From NCBI GenBank assembly GCA_043823435.1, contig JBDRAV010000013.1, forward strand, positions 1,012 through 65,011: a stretch of 64,000 nt of DNA. The letters run 5' to 3'. The position numbers and the translations under genes are program-made. This stretch comes from Candidatus Omnitrophota bacterium (lineage in GTDB: Bacteria; Omnitrophota; Gorgyraeia; Gygaellales; Profunditerraquicolaceae). Shown here one piece after another: positions 10,142 through 19,248 of this stretch. The notes under the pieces were generated by a model that saw only the letters and a program-made list of their open reading frames with translations, was not told where the DNA came from and made no database searches. Each line of letters starts with the position of its first letter. Position 1 is the stretch's first letter.

Positions 10142-10504
10142 ATGAAAGAAAAAAAAGAAGTATTAAGACTAAAAAGGCACCGCCGCATACGGATGCATAT
10201 GTACGGGAGCGAGGAACGGCCGCGCCTGATTGTGCATCGTTCCATAAGAAATTTTTCTGCCCAGATTATCGATGACACAAATAACAAGACCATTTTTTCA
10301 TTGTCTACGCAGGATAAGGAGATAAAAGAAAAATTTCCCTCTGCAGGCAACGTAAAAGCATCGATATTTTTCGCAGGGGTCTTTGCCAGGAGGGCAAAAG
10401 AAAAAGGTATCAGCAGGGTTGTCTTTGATCGTGCGGGTTATCGCTACCAAGGTAAGGTTAGGGCTTTTGCCGAGGCATTGAGAAAAGGCGGAATGGAGTT
10501 CTAG
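10142..10504 (+). CDS. rplR: 50S ribosomal protein L18
   Basis: 120 aa, ...[25 protein letters not shown].... No SD; start lies 3 nt after the repeat tail. Confidence 0.93.
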   Translation: MKEKKEVLRLKRHRRIRMHMYGSEERPRLIVHRSIRNFSAQIIDDTNNKTIFSLSTQDKEIKEKFPSAGNVKASIFFAGVFARRAKEKGISRVVFDRAGYRYQGKVRAFAEALRKGGMEF

Positions 10505-10508
10505 TAAA

Positions 10509-10991
10509 ATGCAGGAATTAAATATTGAACAGCGTCATGAATTAGTAGAAAAGGTTATTACCATTAACCGTGTAGCTAAGGTTACCAAGGGCGGCAAGAA
10601 AATGTCTTTTAGCGCCCTGGTAGTCGTCGGAGATAGCAAGGGCCGCATGGGTTTTGCTTTAGGTAAGGCAAACGAAGTCGCAGAGGCGATACGCAAGGGC
10701 CTGATTAAAGCAAAGAAAGAACTTTTTAATGTCCCGATGGAAGGGTCATCCATACCGCACGAGATAATTGGTGAATATGGCGCAGCAAAAGTACTGCTTA
10801 AGCCTGCCTCTGAAGGAACGGGTGTAATTGCTGCCGGCCCTGTGAGGGCGGTATGCGAGGCCGCGGGAATAAAGGACATTCTGACCAAATGCCTTAAGTC
10901 GAATACTCCCCTGAACGTAATAAAAGCAACCGTTGACGGGTTAAAGAATTTGAAGGTAGAGAAGAATGAAGAAGAAGATATTAAAGAATAA
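10509..10991 (+). CDS. rpsE: 30S ribosomal protein S5
   Basis: 160 aa, S5 dsRBD plus C-terminal domain ([16 protein letters not shown]...). Confidence 0.95.
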   Translation: MQELNIEQRHELVEKVITINRVAKVTKGGKKMSFSALVVVGDSKGRMGFALGKANEVAEAIRKGLIKAKKELFNVPMEGSSIPHEIIGEYGAAKVLLKPASEGTGVIAAGPVRAVCEAAGIKDILTKCLKSNTPLNVIKATVDGLKNLKVEKNEEEDIKE

Positions 10992-11484
10992 AGAGAATTT
11001 AAAGGCGGGGACACGTAAAGTCAACGTAGCTAAGGATTCGATCCGGCTCGATAACCTGAAAGCGCCCGCGGGCAGCCACAAACGCAAGAAGATCCTGGGC
11101 AGGGGCACAAGCTCCGGGCATGGCAAGACTTCTACGCGGGGGAGTAAAGGTCAGACCTCGCGTTCAGGAAAGAAAAAGTATCTCGGGTTTGAGGGCGGAC
11201 AGACGCCGTTGATCCGCAGGATCCCCAAGCGTGGTTTTATAAACAGGTTTAAAAAGGAATATCAGCTCGTCCATTTAGGCGATTTAAATAAGTTAAAAGA
11301 GCAGAATATAAGCCTTGATCTGTTGAAAGAAAAAGGCTTTATCAAGGATACCGAGAAGTTAGTGAAGATACTAAGCGACGGAGAGATTAAGAATCCGGTA
11401 ATCATTCAGGCCCACGCGGTTTCAAATAAAGCTTTTGAGAAAATTAAGAGCGCGGGCGGAAACGTAGAATTAATAACCAGGTAG
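10966..11484 (+). CDS. rplO: 50S ribosomal protein L15 with ~25-aa N-terminal extension
   Basis: The L15 core begins at ...[20 protein letters not shown]. The only canonical start is ATG 10966, which overlaps rpsE by 26 nt. No L30 gene lies between S5 and L15. Confidence 0.88.
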   Translation: MKKKILKNKENLKAGTRKVNVAKDSIRLDNLKAPAGSHKRKKILGRGTSSGHGKTSTRGSKGQTSRSGKKKYLGFEGGQTPLIRRIPKRGFINRFKKEYQLVHLGDLNKLKEQNISLDLLKEKGFIKDTEKLVKILSDGEIKNPVIIQAHAVSNKAFEKIKSAGGNVELITR

Positions 11485-11763
11485 ACCCTCCACCCTTTTA
11501 TAGTTATTAATAAGGTGGGGGGTAAATTCGCACAAACAACTTACGTCACTATCGTTCCGTAAGTTGTGGGTATTAACCATAGCATCCTTTTATAGTTTTT
11601 AATAAGGTGGGATGTAAATTCGCCCAAACAACTTACGTCACTATCGTTCCGTAAGTTGTGGGTATTAACCATAGCATCCTTTTATAGTTTTTAATAAGGT
11701 GGGATGTAAATTCGCCCAAACAACTTACGTCACTATCGTTCCGTAAGTTGTGGGCTCATTTAT
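11485..11763 (+). repeat. Three tandem units (92-bp period) of the bipartite intergenic repeat
   Basis: Units start at 11491, 11583 and 11675. Units 2 and 3 are identical over 80 nt. Inter-unit junction is GGGTATTAACCATAG; the last unit ends GGGCTCATTTAT directly before the secY ATG. Confidence 0.9.
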
Positions 11764-13110
11764 ATGCTAAGTGCATTAGTTAATTCATTCAAGATTCCGG
11801 ACCTTAAAAGGCGGATCCTTATAACCGCTGCACTTATTACTGTTTACCGCATCGGTTGTTATGTGCCTACACCGGGTATAGACGGCGGGGCGCTGGCTGA
11901 GTTTTTCGCCCGTATAGCCAAGACCCAGGGTGGTACGCTATTCGGAATAATCAACATGTTTTCCGGAGGCGCGATGGAGAGGCTTACCATATTCGCCCTG
12001 GGGATAATGCCGTATATCTCGGCCTCGATCATCATGCAGCTTTTGACCGCGGTCATACCGGCCCTGGAGAAATTAGCCAAAGAAGGGAAGGCCGGATACG
12101 AGAAGATAAACCAATATACACGTTACGGCACGTTAGTTCTTTCGATAATCCAGTCTTTCTTTATCGCGTTGTGGCTTGAGAACCCGGCGCGTTTTGAGGG
12201 CCTAAAGATAGTCCTGTATCCAGGGTGGGGTTTCAGGATACTTACCGTGCTCACATTGACCACAGGCACGGTATTTATTATGTGGCTGGGGGAGCAGATT
12301 CAGGAGAGGGGTATAGGTAACGGTATATCGCTAGTCATTACCGCGGGGATCATTTCCAGGGTCTGGCCGGCAATGAACCAGTTGTTTATATTGATTTCAC
12401 CTTTTTCTCCCAGCCGCCGGCAGATACAGCCTTTTACTTTGCTGATTATGGCAGTCCTGCTTGTCGGAGTTGTATTCGCCGTCATCCTAATCACGCAGGG
12501 GCAAAGGAAGATACCTGTCCAGTATGCGCGCAGGATCGTGGGAAGAAAGATATTCGGAGGCCAGAGTACTTACATACCTTTAAAAGTTGATACCTCAGGC
12601 GTGATCGCTATTATTTTTGCTCAGTCCATAATCCTTTTTCCTGCGACGATAGCGTCCTTTATACCTAACCCGGCGTTTCAGAGGTGGGCGCAAGGGCTGG
12701 TCAGGGGGCACCTGCTATATACGGTAGTATATTCGTTACTCATAATATTCTTCTGTTATTTTTATACCGCTATCGTATTCAACCCCGTGGAGCTATCCGA
12801 GAACATGAAAAAGTACGGCGGTTTTATCCCGGGGATCCGTCCGGGCGCACCGACTACCGAATTCCTGGATTACGTGATGACAAGGATAACTCTGGCAGGG
12901 GCCATGTTCATTGCTTTTATCGCGATATTCCCGGATTTTCTTATGGCCTGGCTAAAAGTACCATTTCTTATAGCATCATTCTTCGGCGGCACGGGAATAC
13001 TGATCATAGTAGGCGTAATACTGGATACCTTAAAACAGATAGAATCGCACCTGCTCATGCACCATTATGAAGGGTTTATTAAATCAGGACGAATCAGGGG
13101 CAGAAGATAA
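11764..13110 (+). CDS. secY: Preprotein translocase subunit SecY
   Basis: 448 aa, multi-TM, typical SecY N-terminus, correct operon position. Confidence 0.97.
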   Translation: MLSALVNSFKIPDLKRRILITAALITVYRIGCYVPTPGIDGGALAEFFARIAKTQGGTLFGIINMFSGGAMERLTIFALGIMPYISASIIMQLLTAVIPALEKLAKEGKAGYEKINQYTRYGTLVLSIIQSFFIALWLENPARFEGLKIVLYPGWGFRILTVLTLTTGTVFIMWLGEQIQERGIGNGISLVITAGIISRVWPAMNQLFILISPFSPSRRQIQPFTLLIMAVLLVGVVFAVILITQGQRKIPVQYARRIVGRKIFGGQSTYIPLKVDTSGVIAIIFAQSIILFPATIASFIPNPAFQRWAQGLVRGHLLYTVVYSLLIIFFCYFYTAIVFNPVELSENMKKYGGFIPGIRPGAPTTEFLDYVMTRITLAGAMFIAFIAIFPDFLMAWLKVPFLIASFFGGTGILIIVGVILDTLKQIESHLLMHHYEGFIKSGRIRGRR

Positions 13111-13113
13111 GAT

Positions 13114-13758
13114 ATGAGAATAATCTTATTAGGCCCTCCGGGTGCAGGAAAAGGGACGCAGGCAAAGACGCTGGCCGAAAGGCTGGGGTTGCCGCATATA
13201 TCCACCGGAGACTTATTAAGGCAGAATGTTTCCGGGGGCACGGAGTTGGGCGTCCTGGCAAAGGATTATATGAATAAAGGGACTCTTGTCCCTGATGAGC
13301 TGGTTACCCAGATGCTTAAAGAGCGGATTAACCGGCCCGATATTAAAAATGGTTTTATCCTGGACGGCTATCCGCGCAACAAGAGCCAGGCGGCTGCATT
13401 GGACGAGATGCTTAAAGCGATGAGGTCCGGGATAGATCTAGTGATCTACCTTGACAGCAGCGAACCGGTAATTATACAGCGTCTCTCGGGGCGCCTGGTT
13501 TGCAGCTCCTGTAGTGCGAACTTTCACGTTAAGAATATGCCGCCAAAGGTGAGTATGACCTGCGATAACTGCGGCCGTAAGCTTTATCAAAGAAGCGATG
13601 ATAAAGCAGAAACTATCAGGGAGCGCCTTAAGGTATACACAGAAGCCTCATCTCCTTTGATTAAATATTATAACGATACAGGCAAACTCCACAGGCTTGC
13701 GGCAGACGGCGATAAAGACCTGGTTTTAAATAAGATCGTCGAGTTGGCAAGAAAATAA
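13114..13758 (+). CDS. adk: Adenylate kinase (zinc-lid type)
   Basis: MRIILLGPPGAGKGTQA... with lid CSSC...CDNC. Confidence 0.96.
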   Translation: MRIILLGPPGAGKGTQAKTLAERLGLPHISTGDLLRQNVSGGTELGVLAKDYMNKGTLVPDELVTQMLKERINRPDIKNGFILDGYPRNKSQAAALDEMLKAMRSGIDLVIYLDSSEPVIIQRLSGRLVCSSCSANFHVKNMPPKVSMTCDNCGRKLYQRSDDKAETIRERLKVYTEASSPLIKYYNDTGKLHRLAADGDKDLVLNKIVELARK

Positions 13759-13759
13759 G

Positions 13760-14503
13760 GTGATTCCCATAAAGTCAGAAGAAGATATAAAAATGCTGGC
13801 GAAATCAGGAAAGATCCTATCCAGAATAATGCGTAAGCTTAATAAATTTATCCGTAGCGGAATTTCTACCATAGAGATCGACCGCATAGCACAAACTATG
13901 ATGAAAGAGGAAAACTCGATATCCGCTTTTAAGGGTTATAACGGATTCCCGGCGAACATATGTGTTTCCGTAAACGAAGAAGTCGTGCACGGCATGCCGG
14001 GAGAGAGGGTCCTTGAAGACGGGGATATCGTAAGCCTGGATGTAGGAATAAATTATCAGGGTTACCTTTCCGATTCCGCTATTACCGTGGCTGTCGGACA
14101 CATAGATCCCGGGACAAGGAAACTTATCGATGTTACCAGGATGGCATTGATAGAAGGGATAAGGCAGGCACAGGTAAATAATCATTTATCGGATATATCG
14201 TATGCCATACAGTCGTATGTGGAAGGGAACGGTTTTTCCATAGTAAGGCAATTTGTGGGTCATGGCATAGGATGCGATCTGCACGAAGAGCCGCAGATAC
14301 CTAATTTCGGGAAGCCCCATGAGGGCGAAATACTAAAAAAAGGCATGGTCCTAGCTATCGAGCCTATGGTAAACATGGGTACCTGGGAATGCGAGATTAT
14401 TGATAACGGGTGGACCGCAGTAACAAAGGATCGTTCTCCTTCAGCTCATTTTGAACACACCGTAGCTATTACTGAACGCGGCCCGCGGATACTGACTAAT
14501 TAG
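13760..14503 (+). CDS. map: Methionine aminopeptidase type I
   Basis: 247 aa, GTG start, M24A motifs (HGIG, EPM, EHT). Confidence 0.95.
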   Translation: MIPIKSEEDIKMLAKSGKILSRIMRKLNKFIRSGISTIEIDRIAQTMMKEENSISAFKGYNGFPANICVSVNEEVVHGMPGERVLEDGDIVSLDVGINYQGYLSDSAITVAVGHIDPGTRKLIDVTRMALIEGIRQAQVNNHLSDISYAIQSYVEGNGFSIVRQFVGHGIGCDLHEEPQIPNFGKPHEGEILKKGMVLAIEPMVNMGTWECEIIDNGWTAVTKDRSPSAHFEHTVAITERGPRILTN

Positions 14504-14509
14504 TATATT

Positions 14510-14728
14510 ATGGCCAAAGAAGAATTAATCGAGACCGAAGGGAAAGTAATTGAGGCATTGCCCAATGCCATGTTCAGAGTGGAACTGGAAAACGGACACC
14601 AGGTACTTGCGCACGTATCAGGGAAGATGCGCATGCATTTTATCAGAATATTGCCCGGGGACAAGGTAAAATTAGAACTTTCTCCTTACGATTTAACCAG
14701 GGGAAGAATCACCTTCAGGTCTAAATAA
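14510..14728 (+). CDS. infA: Translation initiation factor IF-1
   Basis: 72 aa, [30 protein letters not shown].... Confidence 0.97.
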   Translation: MAKEELIETEGKVIEALPNAMFRVELENGHQVLAHVSGKMRMHFIRILPGDKVKLELSPYDLTRGRITFRSK

Positions 14729-14745
14729 GCGGGGGATATGAATTT

Positions 14746-14859
14746 ATGAAAGTTAAAGCGTCGGTAAGAAAGATATGCGACAGATGCAAGATCATTAAAA
14801 GAAAAGGCATCGTTAGGGTAATTTGCTCTAAGCCTAAACATAAACAGAGGCAGGGCTAA
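14746..14859 (+). CDS. rpmJ: 50S ribosomal protein L36
   Basis: Below the ORF-track cutoff. My own translation is [37 protein letters not shown], in the expected infA-rpmJ-rpsM position. Confidence 0.93.
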   Translation: MKVKASVRKICDRCKIIKRKGIVRVICSKPKHKQRQG

Positions 14860-14878
14860 AAAACATAAGCGAGGGAAA

Positions 14879-15298
14879 ATGCCAAGAATCCTAGGTGTAG
14901 ATATACCTAAAGAAAAGAGAATCGATATTGCTTTAACTTATTTGTACGGGATAGGCAGGCATGTTTCAAGGATAATCCTTAAAGATGCCGGCATTGATCC
15001 CGCTAAGCGCGCAAAAGACCTGAACGAAGAAGAGGTTTCTTACGTAACCAATGCTATACAGAAAAGCGGTTATAAGGTCGAGGGCGACCTGCGCCGTGAG
15101 ATATCCCAGAATATAAAGAGATTGATGGATATCGGCTCCTGGCGGGGGATGCGCCATAAAAAGGGCCTTCCCGTAAGGGGTCAGCGCACGCGTACTAACG
15201 CAAGGACCAGAAAAGGTCCGCGTAAGGGCGGCATGACGGTAATAAAGAAGCCTACCGCAGATAAGAAGGCAGCACCTGCAGCTAAAAAAGGGGGTTAA
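14879..15298 (+). CDS. rpsM: 30S ribosomal protein S13
   Basis: [15 protein letters not shown]..., 139 aa. Confidence 0.96.
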   Translation: MPRILGVDIPKEKRIDIALTYLYGIGRHVSRIILKDAGIDPAKRAKDLNEEEVSYVTNAIQKSGYKVEGDLRREISQNIKRLMDIGSWRGMRHKKGLPVRGQRTRTNARTRKGPRKGGMTVIKKPTADKKAAPAAKKGG

Positions 15299-15303
15299 TA
15301 TAA

Positions 15304-15693
15304 ATGGCCGTAAAAGATAAAGCAAAAAAGAAAAAGATAGCCAAAGGCATAACCAGCGGAATAGCGCATATCCAAGCAAGTTTTAATAATACCATAATCA
15401 CAATAACCGATAAACAGGGCAACGCGCTGGTTTGGTCTGCACCCGGTATCGTAGGTTACAGCGGGTCCAAAAAGTCCACTCCTTTCGCAGCACAGATAGC
15501 CGCCACCGATGCCGCAAGGAAGGCTAAAGAGATAGGGATTAAGGAAGTGGCTGTCCAGGTTAAAGGGCCGGGGTCGGGTCGGGAATCGGCGATCAGGGCC
15601 TTGCAGGCATCAGGCCTTACCATTACCTGTATCAAGGATGTAACCCCTATACCGCATAACGGTTGCCGCGCAAAAAAGAGAAGGAGAGTATAA
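15304..15693 (+). CDS. rpsK: 30S ribosomal protein S11
   Basis: 129 aa, ...[18 protein letters not shown].... Confidence 0.96.
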   Translation: MAVKDKAKKKKIAKGITSGIAHIQASFNNTIITITDKQGNALVWSAPGIVGYSGSKKSTPFAAQIAATDAARKAKEIGIKEVAVQVKGPGSGRESAIRALQASGLTITCIKDVTPIPHNGCRAKKRRRV

Positions 15694-15698
15694 TATAA

Positions 15699-16334
15699 AT
15701 GGCTCGATATACAGATCCTGTCTGCAGGTTATGCAGGCGCGAAGGAGAGAAATTATTCTTAAAAGGCGCAAGATGCAATACCCCGAAGTGCGCTATCACT
15801 AAAAGAAGCTACGCCCCGGGGCAGCACGGTCAGGGTCAGAGGGGCCGGCAGAAACTTTCTAACTACGGGCTGCAGCTAAAAGAAAAACAGAAGGCAAAAT
15901 GGATATACGGGGTACTGGAAAAGCAGTTCCGCAGGTATTTCAAGATTGCATCCAAAACAAAGGGCGTAACCGGAAAGGTGCTGCTGCAGATGCTTGAAAG
16001 AAGGCTGGATAATGTCGTATTCAGGCTGGGCCTGGGGAATTCAAGGTCTCAGAGCCGCCAGATAGTCCGCCACAACTTTATATTCGTGAATTCAAAGCGG
16101 GTAAATATACCCTCTTATTTAGTAAAGCCGGGGGATGTTATAGAGACAAAGGCAAAAGAAAACGCGCAGAAAAAACTCAAGGAGAACCTTGAATTGTCCC
16201 GTGACAGGAGTGTCCCTGGGTGGCTTGAATTTAATGCCCAGGAGTTGAAAGCTAAAGTATTGAGGTTGCCCGAAAAAGAAGATATCGGCCATCCTATTCA
16301 GGAGCAGTTAATAGTAGAGTTGTATTCTAAGTAG
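15699..16334 (+). CDS. rpsD: 30S ribosomal protein S4
   Basis: [16 protein letters not shown]..., 211 aa, S4 domain. Confidence 0.96.
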   Translation: MARYTDPVCRLCRREGEKLFLKGARCNTPKCAITKRSYAPGQHGQGQRGRQKLSNYGLQLKEKQKAKWIYGVLEKQFRRYFKIASKTKGVTGKVLLQMLERRLDNVVFRLGLGNSRSQSRQIVRHNFIFVNSKRVNIPSYLVKPGDVIETKAKENAQKKLKENLELSRDRSVPGWLEFNAQELKAKVLRLPEKEDIGHPIQEQLIVELYSK

Positions 16335-16377
16335 TTCGTAGTTGATAGTTCATTGTTCATAGTTCATAACTGAACAA
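16332..16377 (+). repeat. Short direct heptamer repeats (TAGTTCG/TAGTTGA/TAGTTCA...) ending in a hairpin
   Basis: The rpsD-rpoA spacer reads TAGTTCGTAGTTGATAGTTCATTGTTCATAGTTCATAACTGAACAA. TTGTTCA (16353-59) pairs with TGAACAA (16371-77). Confidence 0.5.
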
Positions 16378-16394
16378 GAACCATGGAGGAATAG

Positions 16395-17384
16395 ATGGGT
16401 ATAAAATGGAGAGATTTTCAGTTACCAAAAAGATTGGAGTGTGATGAGTCTACCTATACCGATACCTACGGTAAATTTTCCGCAGCTCCATTCGAAAGAG
16501 GCTATGGTGTTACCCTCGGAAATTCATTAAGGAGGGTTTTGCTTTCTTCCATAGAGGGGAGCGCCGTGACTTCGGTTAAGATACATGGGGCGCAGCATGA
16601 ATTTTCAACCATACCGGGGGTACTCGAGGATGTCCCTGAAATAATCTTGAATATAAAGAGCCTGGTATTGAACTCGCGTTCAAAGATACCCAAGACTATA
16701 TATCTTAAAAAGAGCACAAAGGGAGAAGTAAAGGCAAAGGACATAGAGGCCGGAGAGACCATAGAGATAATCAACCCGGAGCTGCGCATTGCCACTTTGA
16801 CCAAAGATACAAAACTTAATTTAGAGATGGAAGTGGCCAGGGGAAGGGGCTATGTGCCGTCAGAATTAAATAAAGCGGAAAACCTGCCCATAGGTGTAAT
16901 CCCTATAGATTCCGTTTTTACTCCCGTAAAGAAGGTAAATTTTTACTCAGAGAATACGCGTGTCGGGCAGAGGACGGATTACGACAAGATGATACTTGAG
17001 ATATGGACTAACGGCGCAATAAGCCCGAAGGACGCGCTCCTTTATGCCTCAAATATATTACAGAGGCATCTGGATATATTTGTTAATTTCGGCCAGTTGC
17101 CCGAAGACATCGAAGAAGAACCGGAGATGAGTAAGGAAGAGACGGCCTTATATGAAAAATTAAGGCTTCCTATCTCGGAACTTGAGTTATCGGTAAGGAG
17201 TTCTAATTGTTTAAGAGAAGCCAATATCAAGACCATCGCCGACCTTGTGAAAAGGACCGAAGATGAGATGCTGGGATTCAAGAATTTCGGAAAGAAATCC
17301 CTTATCGAGATCAAGGAACTGATCGCGGGAATGGGCCTGACTTTGGGTATACAGGTAGACTCTAAAAAACTGAAAAAAACATGA
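16395..17384 (+). CDS. rpoA: DNA-directed RNA polymerase subunit alpha
   Basis: 329 aa, NTD plus CTD (ELELSVRSSNCLREANIKTIADL). Confidence 0.96.
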   Translation: MGIKWRDFQLPKRLECDESTYTDTYGKFSAAPFERGYGVTLGNSLRRVLLSSIEGSAVTSVKIHGAQHEFSTIPGVLEDVPEIILNIKSLVLNSRSKIPKTIYLKKSTKGEVKAKDIEAGETIEIINPELRIATLTKDTKLNLEMEVARGRGYVPSELNKAENLPIGVIPIDSVFTPVKKVNFYSENTRVGQRTDYDKMILEIWTNGAISPKDALLYASNILQRHLDIFVNFGQLPEDIEEEPEMSKEETALYEKLRLPISELELSVRSSNCLREANIKTIADLVKRTEDEMLGFKNFGKKSLIEIKELIAGMGLTLGIQVDSKKLKKT

Positions 17385-17953
17385 GACATGCCAAGTCCAG
17401 ATTACAGTTAAACCGTTTTACAAGCTGGCGCAATGCAACGCTGGTAAGCCTGGCCAGGAGTCTGATTATACACCAGAGGATCAAGACAACAAAGGCGAGA
17501 GCCAAAGCGGTAAAACCAGTGGTAGAAAAGCTTGTATCCTTAGGCAAGAAGAATTCACTTTTTGCCAAAAGGCAGGCCTTTCGCATTTTAGGCGATCACA
17601 GATTAGTAAGCCTACTTTTTAGCGATATAGCTCCCCGATTTACCAGTAGAACCGGCGGTTACACCAGGATGATCAATTTCGGGTCGAGGCGGGGGGATAA
17701 CGCGCAGTTGGTAATACTGGCATTGACTGAAATCAAAGAAAAGGCCCGCAGGAAGCCCAAACCTAAAGTGCACAAGGAAACACAAAAGCCCGAAGCACAA
17801 GAACGGGAACCTGCTATAGAGCAACCGCCGGAAGAAAAGAAACCCAAATCCGAGACAGCGGTTAAAGAGAAACCGCCTATTACCAAGAAACCCACGAAGA
17901 AATTCTTAGGAGGTTTACGAGGGATATTCAGAAAAAAGAGCGACTCTTTATAA
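17381..17953 (+). CDS. rplQ: 50S ribosomal protein L17 with ~70-aa K/P/E-rich C-terminal extension
   Basis: MRHAKSRLQLNR.... The L17 core ends near residue 118. ATGA overlap with rpoA. Confidence 0.92.
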   Translation: MRHAKSRLQLNRFTSWRNATLVSLARSLIIHQRIKTTKARAKAVKPVVEKLVSLGKKNSLFAKRQAFRILGDHRLVSLLFSDIAPRFTSRTGGYTRMINFGSRRGDNAQLVILALTEIKEKARRKPKPKVHKETQKPEAQEREPAIEQPPEEKKPKSETAVKEKPPITKKPTKKFLGGLRGIFRKKSDSL

Positions 17954-17971
17954 AAGAATAAAGATATCTCG

Positions 17972-19147
17972 ATGCGAATAGATATCAGGTTAGCGAAACG
18001 TCTCGAAAAGATAAATCTTTCTGCAACTTTAGCTATAACCGCAAAAGCCAAGAAGTTGAAATCGGAAGGCCGCGATATAGTAAACTTTGCTGCGGGCGAG
18101 CCTGATTTTGACACCCCGGATTTTATCAAGGATGCTGCTATAGCGGCAATAAAATCGGGGTTCACTAAATACACTCCCAGCACAGGCACCCCTGAATTAA
18201 AGAAGGTAATCTCCGAAAAGTTCAAAAAAGATAATTCCCTCGATTACAACCCTTCACAGATAGTAGTATCCTGCGGGGCGAAGCACAGTATATTTAACGC
18301 ATTATTCGTATTGCTGAACAAAGCGGATGAAGTAATAATACCTTCCCCTTACTGGGTAAGTTACCCCGAAATGGTGCATCTGTGCGAGGCGAATCCGCGT
18401 TTTATCAAAACTCTCCCCCAGAACGGCTTTAAAATAATATCCGGGGATTTAGAAAAATATATTACCCCGAAGACCAAGGTGCTCATTCTGAACAGTCCAT
18501 CCAATCCTACGGGATGTGTCTATACGCAGGAGGAGATTAAGCAGATCGCCAAGATTTGCGTGGCAAAGAAGATCTTTGTTATAAGCGACGAAATATACGA
18601 AAAGCTCATATACGATAACCTCAGGCACGTATCTATCGCGTCTTTAGGAAAAGAGATCTATAATCTGACCATTACGATCAACGGTTTATCTAAAAGCCAT
18701 TCTATGACCGGCTGGCGCATAGGATATTTAGGTGCCCCGCCGGACGTTTCCGCTGCCATATCCAGATTACAGGACCATTCTACATCTAACCCTTCATCTA
18801 TCAGCCAGAAGGCGGCTGTCGCGGCATTAAGCGTATCCGCAGATACCCCGGGGCATATGTCAGCCGAATTTCAGAAAAGAAGGGATTATGCCATCGAGAG
18901 GCTGAGCAAAATAAAAAAGATCGGGTTTGTAAAGCCGCAAGGAGCATTTTATATATTCTGTGATATCTCGCAGACCGGATTGGATTCGTCAACTTTTGCC
19001 GGACGCCTTCTAGAAGATACATATGTTAGCCTCATCCCCGGAGTGGCGTTCGGCAGGGATGATTTCGTACGCATAAGTTTTGCCACCGGGCTTGAGCAGA
19101 TAAAGAGCGGGATGGATAGGATAGAGGAGTGGATTAAAAAAATGTAA
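17972..19147 (+). CDS. Class I/II PLP-dependent aminotransferase (aspartate aminotransferase-like)
   Basis: 391 aa, ...NFAAGEPDFDTP..., PLP-lysine context LSKSHSMTGWRIGY. Confidence 0.85.
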   Translation: MRIDIRLAKRLEKINLSATLAITAKAKKLKSEGRDIVNFAAGEPDFDTPDFIKDAAIAAIKSGFTKYTPSTGTPELKKVISEKFKKDNSLDYNPSQIVVSCGAKHSIFNALFVLLNKADEVIIPSPYWVSYPEMVHLCEANPRFIKTLPQNGFKIISGDLEKYITPKTKVLILNSPSNPTGCVYTQEEIKQIAKICVAKKIFVISDEIYEKLIYDNLRHVSIASLGKEIYNLTITINGLSKSHSMTGWRIGYLGAPPDVSAAISRLQDHSTSNPSSISQKAAVAALSVSADTPGHMSAEFQKRRDYAIERLSKIKKIGFVKPQGAFYIFCDISQTGLDSSTFAGRLLEDTYVSLIPGVAFGRDDFVRISFATGLEQIKSGMDRIEEWIKKM

Positions 19148-19248
19148 TCCAAAAAAACAAAGTGCAAAAACAAAAATCACAAGCCAAAATTTGAAATCTT
19201 TTAATAAATTTTTTGATTATGATATTTGATTTTTGATATTTTATTTTT

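Noticed and set aside
10070-10145. Small ORFs inside the repeat (ATG 10070 to TAA 10138; GTG 10077 to TGA 10145, overlapping the rplR ATG) that could couple translation
   Set aside because: They are not conserved. In the other copies the equivalent ATG/GTG is followed immediately by TAA (GGGATGTAAATTC), and reverse-strand ATGAGCGCA... ORFs stop after 8-20 codons at different places.
10966-11040. N-terminal extension of L15 as a fused or degraded L30
   Set aside because: The 25 extra residues are Lys/Asn-rich with no similarity to L30 sequences I know and are far shorter than L30 (~60 aa).
11485-11763. Possible CRISPR array (regularly spaced identical palindromic repeats)
   Set aside because: The 92-bp units abut head to tail with no unique spacers. 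The unit is far longer than CRISPR repeats. The same unit occurs singly at other junctions. No cas genes are in the window.
12684-13070. Alternative-frame + strand ORF (128 aa) within secY; similar ones occur at 19508-19729, 24331-24618, 46534-46737 and 58196-58414
   Set aside because: They are embedded in well-conserved genes in another frame, are Arg/Gly/Pro-rich as expected from frame shifting of coding sequence, and have no start context.
19148-19248. Leucine-type attenuator or T-box upstream of the LeuC-like gene
   Set aside because: The spacer is extremely AT-rich, with TTTGAT(A/T)T direct repeats but no leader peptide, specifier or terminator-antiterminator structure.
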